Below are positions 18,299 to 28,375 of a DNA stretch of 64,000 nt, piece by piece. The stretch's first letter is position 1. Every line of letters starts with the position of its first letter. This DNA is from Clostridia bacterium. Its GTDB lineage: Bacteria; Bacillota; Clostridia; Oscillospirales; CAG-272. Made by a program: the position numbers and the translations under genes. The notes under the pieces are model-generated. The model saw nothing but the letters and a program-made list of their open reading frames with translations. It searched no databases and was not told the DNA's origin. Location: positions 24,278 to 88,277 of the forward strand of contig JAGAPG010000030.1 in NCBI GenBank assembly GCA_017623355.1. The letters run 5' to 3'.

Positions 18299-19116
18299 AA
18301 AAACTGCTAAACGAAAACAAGATAGAATTTTTCTCCTGTATACCGCTTTCTAAGTGTAAGATATATAAAAAATATCTTCTTGAAAGAGCATCTCTTACAG
18401 AGGATGCAAGCGTTATAATTATGCTTATTCCGTACAGGAGCAAAATAATTCCGAAAAATATTTCCGTATACGCCTCGGTTAAGGATTATCATAAGTTCAC
18501 AGATGAATTGCGCACACGTGTCAAGACTTTTTTTGAAAAGGAGTATCCTTATGCTAAGGTGGAGCTTTTTGCGGATCATTCTCCGATTGATGAGGTGCAC
18601 GCAGCCTGCATAAGCGGTCTTGGATTTATCGGAGATAACGGACTCCTTATAAATGAAAAATATTCGTCGTTTGTTTTTCTTTGTGAGATAATTACCGATC
18701 TTAAGCCTGAGGCTTTCGGGATGGAATATGCCAAGGAAGCAGAGTTAAAGCGCTGCTACGGATGCGGAGCATGTCACAGTGCCTGCCCGTCGAACTGTAT
18801 GGACGAAAGCGATCCCAGACCAAAAAGCGAATGTCTTTCGGCGATAACTCAAAAAAAAGGAGAGCTTAATGAAAAGGAAATAAAAATGATGCTTGATAAC
18901 GGAAGCATTTGGGGCTGTGACGTGTGTCAAAATGTATGCCCATATACTAAAAACGCAGAATATACACCGATAGATTTCTTCAATGAGGACGTAATAGATG
19001 AGATCACTACAGATAAGATAGATATGATGAGCGATGATGAGCTTTTTACGCGTCCGTTCTCGTGGAGAGGCAGAGATATAATCAGAAGAAATACGGAAAT
19101 ATATAAAAACAGATAA
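18295..19116 (+). CDS. QueG-like epoxyqueuosine reductase family protein (DUF1730 plus double 4Fe-4S)
   Basis: Cys clusters CYGCGACHSACP and WGCDVCQNVCP, with SVYASVKDYH upstream. The protein is shorter than canonical QueG. Confidence 0.55.
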   Translation: MKKLLNENKIEFFSCIPLSKCKIYKKYLLERASLTEDASVIIMLIPYRSKIIPKNISVYASVKDYHKFTDELRTRVKTFFEKEYPYAKVELFADHSPIDEVHAACISGLGFIGDNGLLINEKYSSFVFLCEIITDLKPEAFGMEYAKEAELKRCYGCGACHSACPSNCMDESDPRPKSECLSAITQKKGELNEKEIKMMLDNGSIWGCDVCQNVCPYTKNAEYTPIDFFNEDVIDEITTDKIDMMSDDELFTRPFSWRGRDIIRRNTEIYKNR

Positions 19117-19131
19117 TGAAAGGAGCGCGCT

Positions 19132-22100
19132 ATGGTAACTGTATTGCTTGGAAATAAGGGAAGCGGAAAAAGCACGTATATAATAAATGCTTTGAAGAAA
19201 AAAGCCAAGGAAGGAAAGCGCGCTTTTTTAATAGTTCCCGAACAAAAAACCGTTATTTGCGAAAGGATAATAGCCAAGGAGCTTTCTCCTTCGGCTCAGC
19301 TTAACATAGAGGCACTTAATTTTACGCGTCTTGCGAATAAGGTGTTCAGAGAATACGGCGGACTCAAATATAATTATATAAGTGCCGGCGGAAAAAATCT
19401 TATTATGTACCGCGCGATCTGTAATGTCAGAAAGGAGCTTTTGGAATATAATATCCCAAAGGGTAGAGAAAAGGGTAGTATAAGCCTGTTTCTTTCGGCT
19501 ATCGCGGAGCTGAAGGCATATGGTATATCTCCGTCATTTTTTGAACAAAGCATAGCTTTGATCGAGGACGGATATCAAAAAAGAAGACTGAGCGATCTTG
19601 TTACTGTATACAAGGCGTACGAGAGTATTCTCGAAAATAGCTTTTCAGATCCATATGATGATATGATTGCGCTTGATATCGCACTAAGAGAGCATAAATT
19701 TTTTGAGGGCTGTGACGTGTATATAGATGATTTTTACGGATTTACAGGTGCACAGCTTAAAGTTATATACAATATTATCGCACAGTCGGATAATGTTACG
19801 GTTTCTTTTGATATGCCATCGCACGCAAAAAACGGGAAAATGCAATATTTGAAGCTTGCCTCTACATATTCTACTGTTTGCAAAATGTGCAAAAAACTTG
19901 GAAAAAAGGTCAATGAGGTGTCGCTAAATGACGATCATTTGCATAAAACGCCATCTCTTTGCTATCTTAATGAAAATATATGGAGCTTTGGTGCTGAACC
20001 GAAGGATTTTAGCGACGGAGTGTCGCTCGTTTTGCCGAGTGACGAGTTTGATGAATGTGAATACGTGGCATCGAAAATATCCGAGTTTGTAATGAATGGC
20101 GCGAAGTATTCCGATATAGCTGTTATTATGCGCTCAAGCGACACGTATCGCGGAATTATCGACACATCGTTTGAAAAATACGGAATCCCGTATTATTTTT
20201 CTGCGCGCACGGATATTACCGCAAAGCCGCTTATAAAAACGGTTTTTTCGGCTATAAAAGCAGTAAACGGATATAAGGCGCAGGATGTGGTTTCGTATAT
20301 TAAATGCGGATATACGGATATAACCGACGACGAGGCTGATGAGCTTGAGGAATATATTTATCGCTGGAATATATATGGCAAGAAATTTCTTAATGATGAT
20401 TATTGGTCATCAAATCCCGACGGATATGTGAGTGAGATAAATGAGTATCAGCTTCAAAAGCTTGAAAGAATAAATGCTGCAAGAAAGAAACTGATCGCAT
20501 CAGTGCTCCCGCTTCACGATGCCTTTGAAAAGCTTGAGGATGCAAATAAGGTATGTATAGCTATTTACGAGATATTGAAAAATCATAATGTAAAGGAAAA
20601 GCTTCTTTCCGAGATTGCGCAAGTGCCTAAGGATGAGGCAATAGAAATTTCACAGCTTTACACTGCGCTTTTAAAGGCGCTTGATACGGTATCATTTGTA
20701 ATGGGTGAGCTCGTTATTAATGCCGATGATTTTGAAAATATCCTTCGTTACGCCCTTGAGGGAGTGGATGTTGGCTCTATACCGACAGGTGAGGATAAGG
20801 TTACTGTAGGCGAGGCATCAGGCTTGCGTACAGATACGATAAAGCACGTGTTTGTTTTGGGTGTAACAGAGGGTTCTTTTCCGCAGAGTATTCAGGATAC
20901 CTCGTTTTTTACGGATACGGACAAGCTGCTTCTTGAAAGTTATGGAATAATTCTTTCCGAGAATGATGATATAAAGGCAGATAATGAGCTTCTCAATTTC
21001 AAAAACAGCATAAGCTGCGCATCGGAAAGCGTATGCGTTCTTGCTCCGACAAACGATATTGTCGGAAATAAAAAGGAGCCGTCAATTGCTTTTAACAGAA
21101 TAAAAGCACTTTTGCCTAAGGTAAGTGTAGTGTATACATCCTCGCTTCCGCTGATAGACAAAATATATACTAAGGAAATAGCAAGGGAATATGCCGGCTT
21201 TGTAAGCAATCCGTCTACGGATGCTATAAGAGAAGCGTTGGGGATATATGATTATGAGCTTTGCGATCTTTCAAACGAGAATTCAAAAATATGCAAGGAT
21301 AGCGCACAAAAAATATTTGGCGAGAATATGTATTTGTCACAAAGCAAGATAGAATCCTTTGTAAAATGCAAATTTCAATATTACTGTAAATATATGCTCA
21401 AGCTAAGATCAGGCGCGAGAATATCGTTTCAATCAAGAGATGTGGGATATCTTTCTCACGCCGTGTTTGAAAGGTTTCTTAAAAGAGTTAAGGATGGCAA
21501 GCTTGACTTTTCTCAGATAACCGATGATGAAATTGAAAAAATGGTTGACGAAATAATTGCCGAATATACCGATGCAATTTGCCAAGGAAGCATAAGAAGC
21601 GCGAAGATAAAGCATCTTTTTTCTATTTTGCGATCTAATTTGCTCATATTTATAAAAAGCACCGTCGATGAATTTGCACAAAGTAAGTTCACCCCCGAAT
21701 ATTTTGAGCTTTCCTTCTCAGGTGAGGACGGAATGCCAAGACCGCTTAAATTCAAGGTTGGAGAAAAATCAAGAATAACGCTTTCGGGCGTTGCCGATAG
21801 AGTGGATATATACAGAAAGGACGGCGTTACTTATGTAAGAGTCGTTGACTATAAATCGGGAAGCAAGAAATTTTCTTATGAGGAAGTAAAAAGCGGGCTC
21901 AATATGCAAATGCTTATATATCTCTTTACACTTTGTAAAATGGATGAGTGTGAGTTTAAAAGAAAGCTTTTGGGCAATACCGATAAGGCAGCCCCTGCCG
22001 GTATTTTATATTTTCCTATGAGAATAGGTAAAGAAAAGAGCGATAGCGAGGCGGATCTTTCTGCAAGTGATATAGAGAAAACGGAAAAAGAAATAATCAA

Positions 22101-22389
22101 TAACAATATAAAACGAAACGGCGTTTTTCTTGATGATATAGAGGTGCTTGAAGCACAGGAAAGCTCTCTTAGCGGAAAATTCATACCAAAATATCCTTCA
22201 AGAGCAAAGGACGTTTTTATAAGCTATGAGAAATTCGAGGAGTATTATTCGGAGCTTGAAGGTATAATAGAACGAATAGGCTCCGAGATGCTTGAGGGAA
22301 GTGCGCAGGCGGTGCCGCTTGTGAAGGGCGACAGAAGTCCGTGCGATTATTGTGAGCACAGAGCAGTGTGCAGAAGGAGGTCAAAATGA
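19132..22389 (+). CDS. addB: helicase-exonuclease AddAB subunit B
   Basis: N-terminal degenerate P-loop GNKGSGKST, a C-terminal PD-(D/E)XK nuclease with Fe-S cysteines (CKFQYYC...CDYCEHRAVC), directly upstream of addA. Confidence 0.85.
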   Translation: MVTVLLGNKGSGKSTYIINALKKKAKEGKRAFLIVPEQKTVICERIIAKELSPSAQLNIEALNFTRLANKVFREYGGLKYNYISAGGKNLIMYRAICNVRKELLEYNIPKGREKGSISLFLSAIAELKAYGISPSFFEQSIALIEDGYQKRRLSDLVTVYKAYESILENSFSDPYDDMIALDIALREHKFFEGCDVYIDDFYGFTGAQLKVIYNIIAQSDNVTVSFDMPSHAKNGKMQYLKLASTYSTVCKMCKKLGKKVNEVSLNDDHLHKTPSLCYLNENIWSFGAEPKDFSDGVSLVLPSDEFDECEYVASKISEFVMNGAKYSDIAVIMRSSDTYRGIIDTSFEKYGIPYYFSARTDITAKPLIKTVFSAIKAVNGYKAQDVVSYIKCGYTDITDDEADELEEYIYRWNIYGKKFLNDDYWSSNPDGYVSEINEYQLQKLERINAARKKLIASVLPLHDAFEKLEDANKVCIAIYEILKNHNVKEKLLSEIAQVPKDEAIEISQLYTALLKALDTVSFVMGELVINADDFENILRYALEGVDVGSIPTGEDKVTVGEASGLRTDTIKHVFVLGVTEGSFPQSIQDTSFFTDTDKLLLESYGIILSENDDIKADNELLNFKNSISCASESVCVLAPTNDIVGNKKEPSIAFNRIKALLPKVSVVYTSSLPLIDKIYTKEIAREYAGFVSNPSTDAIREALGIYDYELCDLSNENSKICKDSAQKIFGENMYLSQSKIESFVKCKFQYYCKYMLKLRSGARISFQSRDVGYLSHAVFERFLKRVKDGKLDFSQITDDEIEKMVDEIIAEYTDAICQGSIRSAKIKHLFSILRSNLLIFIKSTVDEFAQSKFTPEYFELSFSGEDGMPRPLKFKVGEKSRITLSGVADRVDIYRKDGVTYVRVVDYKSGSKKFSYEEVKSGLNMQMLIYLFTLCKMDECEFKRKLLGNTDKAAPAGILYFPMRIGKEKSDSEADLSASDIEKTEKEIINNNIKRNGVFLDDIEVLEAQESSLSGKFIPKYPSRAKDVFISYEKFEEYYSELEGIIERIGSEMLEGSAQAVPLVKGDRSPCDYCEHRAVCRRRSK

Positions 22390-25300
22390 GACTTGATGAG
22401 CTTACCGTATCACAGCGAAATGTCATATCTCATAAGGGCAAGGACCTTCTTATATCTGCCGGAGCAGGAAGCGGAAAGACATCTACGCTTATAACCGGCA
22501 TTGTTGAAAAAATAAAAAACGGAGCAGATATTTCAAGAATATTGCTCGTTACCTTTACTAAGGCGGCAGCAAACGAGTTGAAGGGGAAGGTTGTAAAGGA
22601 GCTTTCCGATATGCTTTCTGTTGATCCCGAGAACGCGCATATATCGGATCAAATAGTAAAGGTGGCGAGCGCGGATATATCTACGATAGATTCGTTTTGT
22701 ATAAAAATAGTAAGACCTAACTTCGATAAGCTTTCGATAGATTCGGATTTTCGCATAGGAGATAGCGGAGAAATAGAAATTTTAAGAAAGGAAGCTATGG
22801 AGGAGGTAATAGATTCCTTTTATGAAAGGAATGAGGCAGATAAGGATTTTCTTACTGTTTGCGAATGCTTTTCGGATATAGGAAACGAGGGAGTGCTCGG
22901 AGAGGAGCTGCTATCGCTTCATAATTCGCTGATCTCGACTCCAGATTCAATAAAAACACTTTTAAGAAACACGTCGTTTGAAAATGATTTTAGCGACACA
23001 GTATACGGAAAAGTCATTGTCGGATACCTAACCGATATGCTTGAGCATTATCTTGCGGTATATGATGATATGCTTTCTCAAATGAGTGTAGACGAGGATT
23101 GCATAAGCACCTGTTATCCAATTTTTAAAAGCGACAGAGATATGATTTTTGAGGCTATCGCTTTTATTAAGGGCGGTGCAAAATATGAGAGTGTATGTGA
23201 GAGTGTAGCTAATATAAGCTTTTTGAGAATGAAAAAGCCAAAAAGCTCTGCGCTTGATACAGACGCCTTCGTAAAGCTGCGTGATGACTTCAAGTCGGAA
23301 CTTAGCAAGGTTAAAAAGAAGTATTTTTCGTCAAGCGAGGGAGCAATAGAAAGCGCATTTGAGCAAAATAATAAGATATGCAGAAAAATTTACGATATAT
23401 TAGAGGAATTTGAAAGTGTATTTTCACGCAAAAAGCGTCTTTTCGGTGTGTGCGATTTTAATGATATAGAACGCTTTGCTCTAAAGCTTTTATATGATGA
23501 AAACGGAGAAAAAAGTGAGATAGCAAGACAGATAGCGGAAAAATACGACGAGATCTATATCGACGAATATCAGGATACGAACTCCGTTCAGGATAAGATA
23601 TTTTCTGCAATATCAAGAAATAACAGATACATGGTCGGGGATGTTAAACAGAGCATCTATCGCTTCCGTTCTGCTGAACCAGAGATATTTTCCTCGTACA
23701 GAAGCACCTTTACTCCGGTAGACGAGGATGATGGCAGTGCTTGTGGAAATGCGATTTTTATGTCTGAAAATTTCCGTTGTGATAAAACGGTAATAGATTT
23801 TTCAAATCTTGTGTCAGATCATATGTTCAAAAATTCCGGCGCGATTCCTTATAGCGACGAGGAAAGGCTCATTTTTTCAAAGCGCGTCGCTCCCGATTAT
23901 ACTCCTATGCCCTGTGAGGTGTGCATTATTGACAAGGAGCGTATAGACGAGATTGATGATGACGATGATGAAAGGGTCGATAAAGAAGCAGATTTTGTCG
24001 CAAGAGAAATAAAGGAGCTTCTTGATAACGGATATTTGCCGAATGGCGAAAAAATAAAAATGTCGCATATTGCGATACTTATAAGGAACTTTAAAAGGCA
24101 CGCGCCACGCTTTACATCTGCGCTTGAGGCATATGGAATAAGAGCTGAATATACGGATGATGTAAGCTTTTTTGAAAAAAGCGAGGTACTCCTCGCTCTT
24201 TCGGTGCTGAATGTTATAGACAATCCGACAAGGGATATATATCTTGCGGCTGCCATGCGTTCTGAGGTATTTGGATTTTCGCTTGAGGAGCTTGTTGATA
24301 TAAGAAAAGCGTCAAGCTCCCAGCTAAGCTTTTATTCGGCATTAAAGGAATATTCGGACGATAAAAAAATAGAGGGCAAAATTTCGGAATTTCTTGAAAA
24401 AATAAAAAAATATCGCGAGATGTGTCGTAAAAAGAACTCTTGCGAGATGCTTGCATACATATATTCCGACACGGGACTTATATCAATGTGCAACAAGGAA
24501 GAAAGAAAAAGCCTCTTAAAGCTATACGATCTTGCAAGAAGATACGAGGCAAAGAGCTACAAGGGTGTTTACAGTTTTTTAAGATATGTTGAGAAAATAT
24601 CAAAGCAAGACACTTTATCCGCCGAAAAGATATCAAAATCAAAGGATTTTGTTACTGTTTCTACGATACACGGCTCGAAGGGACTTGAATACGAGATATG
24701 CTTTGTCGTTAATGCAAACGGACAGTTTTCAAGAAAGGATACGGAAAAGGCGATTCTTTATCACAGAGAGCTTGGAATTGCCGGATACGTTCGCCGTGAC
24801 GGCGGAATTGCAAAGTTTGACAATCTTTTGAGGAAAAGCCTTGCTCTTGCAATAAAGTGCTCAAGCGCCGAGGAAGAAATGCGTCTTTTGTATGTTGCAA
24901 TGACAAGAGCGCGATGCAAGCTTTATATAACCGGAACTCTTAAGGATGCGCAGAAAAAGCTTGAGATGTGTCGTAAAAACGCGAAAAATGTGAGCAAATA
25001 TTCCGTTACCTCATCAAGCTCGTATTTTGATTTCGTTCTTCCGTGCTGCGCTGTGCCAAAGTCTTGTTTTGACCTTAGAATAATATCCGATGACGGTACG
25101 GAAAAAAGACCTTGCCAAAATGAAAATAATGATAAAATATATAATGAAAGCGAAAAGGAAAGAGTGCTTACTCTTTTGAAGGAAAGATTTGATTTTAAAT
25201 ATCCGTACGAATATCTTGAAAGGATTCCTTCAAAGATGTCAATATCAAAGCTTTATCCGCTTATACTTGACGGAAATGAAAACGAGGAGATTGATATGTC

Positions 25301-25868
25301 AAGCTCCCTTGATTTTGAACCGCGCTTTCTTGAAAAGGCTCAAAAAACGTACACAGGGGCGGAAAAAGGAACGGCAACTCACGTGTTTATGCAGTTTTGT
25401 AATTTTGAAAATTTGCGTAAAAACGGAGTCGACGCCGAGCTTGCTGCCTTGGTTAAAAGATCGTTTATATCCGATGAAACTGCTAAGCTTGTAAATAAGG
25501 CTCATATAGAGGCGTTTGTAAAAAGCGAGCTTTTTTCGGAGCTTTTACTCTCAAAGCGCATTATAAGAGAGTTTCGATTTAACATAATGCTTCCTGCAAG
25601 GGAGTTTTCATCCGACGAGCTTGTGCGTGAGGAAAGCGTTCTTGTACAGGGCGTTACCGACTGTATATATGAAAACAAAAACTCAGAGCTTGTCCTTGTG
25701 GATTATAAGACCGATAGCGTAACTCTTGAAAATTATGAAAAAGTGCTAAAGGAACGACACTCCACCCAGCTTTCTTACTATAAAAGAGCCTGCGAGATGA
25801 TATTTGAAAGACCTCTTTCAAAAGCGCTCATCTATTCTGTTCCTCTCGCAAAAACAATTGAGATTTAA
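22386..25868 (+). CDS. addA: helicase-exonuclease AddAB subunit A (UvrD-like helicase plus nuclease)
   Basis: Walker A AGAGSGKTS, DEYQDTN, and a C-terminal nuclease VQGVTDCIY...VDYKTD. ATGA overlap with addB, and AGGAGG upstream of ATG 22386. Confidence 0.9.
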   Translation: MRLDELTVSQRNVISHKGKDLLISAGAGSGKTSTLITGIVEKIKNGADISRILLVTFTKAAANELKGKVVKELSDMLSVDPENAHISDQIVKVASADISTIDSFCIKIVRPNFDKLSIDSDFRIGDSGEIEILRKEAMEEVIDSFYERNEADKDFLTVCECFSDIGNEGVLGEELLSLHNSLISTPDSIKTLLRNTSFENDFSDTVYGKVIVGYLTDMLEHYLAVYDDMLSQMSVDEDCISTCYPIFKSDRDMIFEAIAFIKGGAKYESVCESVANISFLRMKKPKSSALDTDAFVKLRDDFKSELSKVKKKYFSSSEGAIESAFEQNNKICRKIYDILEEFESVFSRKKRLFGVCDFNDIERFALKLLYDENGEKSEIARQIAEKYDEIYIDEYQDTNSVQDKIFSAISRNNRYMVGDVKQSIYRFRSAEPEIFSSYRSTFTPVDEDDGSACGNAIFMSENFRCDKTVIDFSNLVSDHMFKNSGAIPYSDEERLIFSKRVAPDYTPMPCEVCIIDKERIDEIDDDDDERVDKEADFVAREIKELLDNGYLPNGEKIKMSHIAILIRNFKRHAPRFTSALEAYGIRAEYTDDVSFFEKSEVLLALSVLNVIDNPTRDIYLAAAMRSEVFGFSLEELVDIRKASSSQLSFYSALKEYSDDKKIEGKISEFLEKIKKYREMCRKKNSCEMLAYIYSDTGLISMCNKEERKSLLKLYDLARRYEAKSYKGVYSFLRYVEKISKQDTLSAEKISKSKDFVTVSTIHGSKGLEYEICFVVNANGQFSRKDTEKAILYHRELGIAGYVRRDGGIAKFDNLLRKSLALAIKCSSAEEEMRLLYVAMTRARCKLYITGTLKDAQKKLEMCRKNAKNVSKYSVTSSSSYFDFVLPCCAVPKSCFDLRIISDDGTEKRPCQNENNDKIYNESEKERVLTLLKERFDFKYPYEYLERIPSKMSISKLYPLILDGNENEEIDMSSSLDFEPRFLEKAQKTYTGAEKGTATHVFMQFCNFENLRKNGVDAELAALVKRSFISDETAKLVNKAHIEAFVKSELFSELLLSKRIIREFRFNIMLPAREFSSDELVREESVLVQGVTDCIYENKNSELVLVDYKTDSVTLENYEKVLKERHSTQLSYYKRACEMIFERPLSKALIYSVPLAKTIEI

Positions 25869-25878
25869 AGGAATAAAA

Positions 25879-27345
25879 ATGAAATTACTTAAAAGCAAAA
25901 AGGAATATATTTTCTTTTTATGCGTCGTTATCGCGTGTGTTTTCCCGTTGGTCGTTATGGAGTTCTCAACGGATACATACCATTTTGCACTCGTTTCACT
26001 TGCTGACGGGCTTGGCGCAGGAATGAAATATAACGGAAGATTTATAACTTCGCTCTCGGCATACGCGCTTGATGCTGTTGGCTTCGGAATTGTCGGCTAC
26101 TATTATTTTTCTCTCATATGTGCCGTGCTTTGCCTTTCTCTTGCTATATATCATATTTATATTATTTTGAAGGGGAAAATGCGTGGGTGTGTCGCTGCTT
26201 TTCTATCATTTGTTACTGTTTTCAACCCGCTGACTATAGAATTTTTCCTTTTCATTGAAAAGGGCGCGTTCGCTTTTGCGATACTTATGAGTGTGCTTAG
26301 CGCAAAAAGCTTTGTTTGCTTTCTGAAAGGAGATAAAAAACGAATAATATTTTCGTATATCTATCTTACTTTTGGAGCGTGTACGTATCAGCTTTTATCA
26401 GCAGCGTTTGTTACGCTTGCGCTAGTCTTTATAGTTATATATTCGCGCTCTATCAAGGATTTTGTCATAAACAATTTGCTTGCCGTAACGGTATACGGCT
26501 TTGCCAACTGTGTTGACTTTGTTCTTTTAAAAATTTTTAATCCCTCAAATGTGAGAATGAGCGGAGAGATAAATCTATCAAATATATTGAAGTATTATTT
26601 TATTACGGAAAGAGAATGGGTTATATTTATTTATATTGCTCTTTTTGCCGTGGTTTTTTGTGCATTCGGATTTTTAGGAAAACGTAGATTTGGATCTTAT
26701 TTTGCTAAGGGAAGTGTCGTTGAATTCGGAAAATATTTTTACATTTTTACGGGAACTGCTCTCGCTGCAGCCGTGCCGTTTATATTCGTGAATCCCGTAG
26801 AGGTGTGGATGATGTTCCGTACTACATATGCTCTTGGCGTTTTGCCCGGAGCAATAGCTATAAAAATTTTCTATAAGCCCGACGGGGTGTGTGAGAAAGA
26901 AAGCTCACTCTTTGAAAAGAAAAAGCGAAGGGGAAGCATTATAATGCTGACGATAATTTTTGTAGAGCTTGTATTTTTTCATACGATGATATTCAGCAGA
27001 CTGAAAAACAATTTTGAGGATGAAAGGCTTTGCGAGCAGATAGGCTTGATTATAAGGGATTATGAGGTTGATACAGGCGAAAGAATAAAATACATAAGCA
27101 TTTATTACGATGCCAAGATAACTCAAAGAAACGACGGAGTTCTTATGATAGGCGACTGTAATGTCAGAGCATTTTCAAGAACGTGGAGTGATGTAAACCA
27201 TATGAGCTATCTGCTTGGAAGAAGCTTTGTTAGGATAGAAAACAACCCTGAATACACAAGAAGGTTTTCTTCTTTGGATTGGAATGATTTCAGCAAGGAT
27301 CAGCTTATTTTTGAGGGAAATACGCTCCACCTTTGCGTATATTAA
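25879..27345 (+). CDS. polytopic membrane protein with a C-terminal soluble domain, function unknown
   Basis: About 10 hydrophobic segments followed by a ~120-aa hydrophilic tail. Start moved to ATG 25879 to avoid overlap with addA. Confidence 0.55.
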   Translation: MKLLKSKKEYIFFLCVVIACVFPLVVMEFSTDTYHFALVSLADGLGAGMKYNGRFITSLSAYALDAVGFGIVGYYYFSLICAVLCLSLAIYHIYIILKGKMRGCVAAFLSFVTVFNPLTIEFFLFIEKGAFAFAILMSVLSAKSFVCFLKGDKKRIIFSYIYLTFGACTYQLLSAAFVTLALVFIVIYSRSIKDFVINNLLAVTVYGFANCVDFVLLKIFNPSNVRMSGEINLSNILKYYFITEREWVIFIYIALFAVVFCAFGFLGKRRFGSYFAKGSVVEFGKYFYIFTGTALAAAVPFIFVNPVEVWMMFRTTYALGVLPGAIAIKIFYKPDGVCEKESSLFEKKKRRGSIIMLTIIFVELVFFHTMIFSRLKNNFEDERLCEQIGLIIRDYEVDTGERIKYISIYYDAKITQRNDGVLMIGDCNVRAFSRTWSDVNHMSYLLGRSFVRIENNPEYTRRFSSLDWNDFSKDQLIFEGNTLHLCVY

Positions 27346-27369
27346 TAAATTGAAGACGGAGGACTTTAT

Positions 27370-28374
27370 ATGAAGACTGAAAAGACCGTTGGCGTGAAGC
27401 TTCTGAAGCTATGGGATCTTTTAAGGCAGGAAACCGATGAGGATCATCCTATGGGCACTCAAGCAATAATAAAGCGCCTTAATGATATGGGAATAAACTG
27501 CGATAGGCGAACTCTGTATACGGATATCAAGGCTCTTCAGGATTGCGGATACGGCATAAGCTGTGTGAGAAAAAGCAGCAATGAATACTATGTTGACGAG
27601 CGAGAATTCGATCCTTCGGAGCTTCGTATACTGATGGATGCGGTTGAAGCATCAAGCTTTATTACGGAAAAGAAAACGAAGGAATTTGTCAATAAAATAG
27701 CTAATCTTGCCGGAAGCCGCAGAGCAGAGGTCCTGAAAAGGAATATAGTTGAATTTAACTCTGCAAAGGGCACGAATGAGCATATATATTATATCGTAAA
27801 CGAGATAGCGAACGCCATAAAGGAGCATAAAAAGATAGAGTTTTGCTATTTTGATTACAATGCATCACACGAAAGGGTTTATCGCAAGAATAAAAAGCGT
27901 TATGAGGTCAATCCCTATGCAACGGTTCTTTCGGGCGACAGATATTATCTTGCCTGCTATGACGATAAGCACGGAACTATCGCTCATTACAGAGTGGATA
28001 GAATGGAAAACGTAAAAATGCTTGATAAGGATATAAAGGAAAACGAAAAGGTCAAGAATTTTGATATAACAAAGCACAAAAAACAGGTTTTCGATATGTT
28101 TGTCGGCGAGGAAAAAACGGTCAAGATACGCGCTGATAAAAAGCTTATAGATGTAATTTTTGATAAATTCGGAAATGTAAAGATGCAGGAAAACGGAGAT
28201 TTCGTTACCTTCTCTATTCAGGTACAAATAAGCCCTATGTTTATTGCTTGGAGCTGCTCGTTCGGTGACAAGCTTCAGGTGCTTTCTCCGCCTACTGTTG
28301 TGGAAAGGGTAAAGGAGCATATAACCGTGCTTTCTAAGCTTTACGGACTTGGAGAGGACAAACAGAAGGTATAA
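27370..28374 (+). CDS. WYL-domain transcriptional regulator (wHTH-WYL-WCX)
   Basis: N-terminal HTH (GTQAIIKRLNDMGINCDRRTLYTDIKAL) and a WYL region (YEVNPYATVLSGDRYYLACYDDKHGTIAHYRVDRM). Confidence 0.8.
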   Translation: MKTEKTVGVKLLKLWDLLRQETDEDHPMGTQAIIKRLNDMGINCDRRTLYTDIKALQDCGYGISCVRKSSNEYYVDEREFDPSELRILMDAVEASSFITEKKTKEFVNKIANLAGSRRAEVLKRNIVEFNSAKGTNEHIYYIVNEIANAIKEHKKIEFCYFDYNASHERVYRKNKKRYEVNPYATVLSGDRYYLACYDDKHGTIAHYRVDRMENVKMLDKDIKENEKVKNFDITKHKKQVFDMFVGEEKTVKIRADKKLIDVIFDKFGNVKMQENGDFVTFSIQVQISPMFIAWSCSFGDKLQVLSPPTVVERVKEHITVLSKLYGLGEDKQKV

Positions 28375-28375
28375 A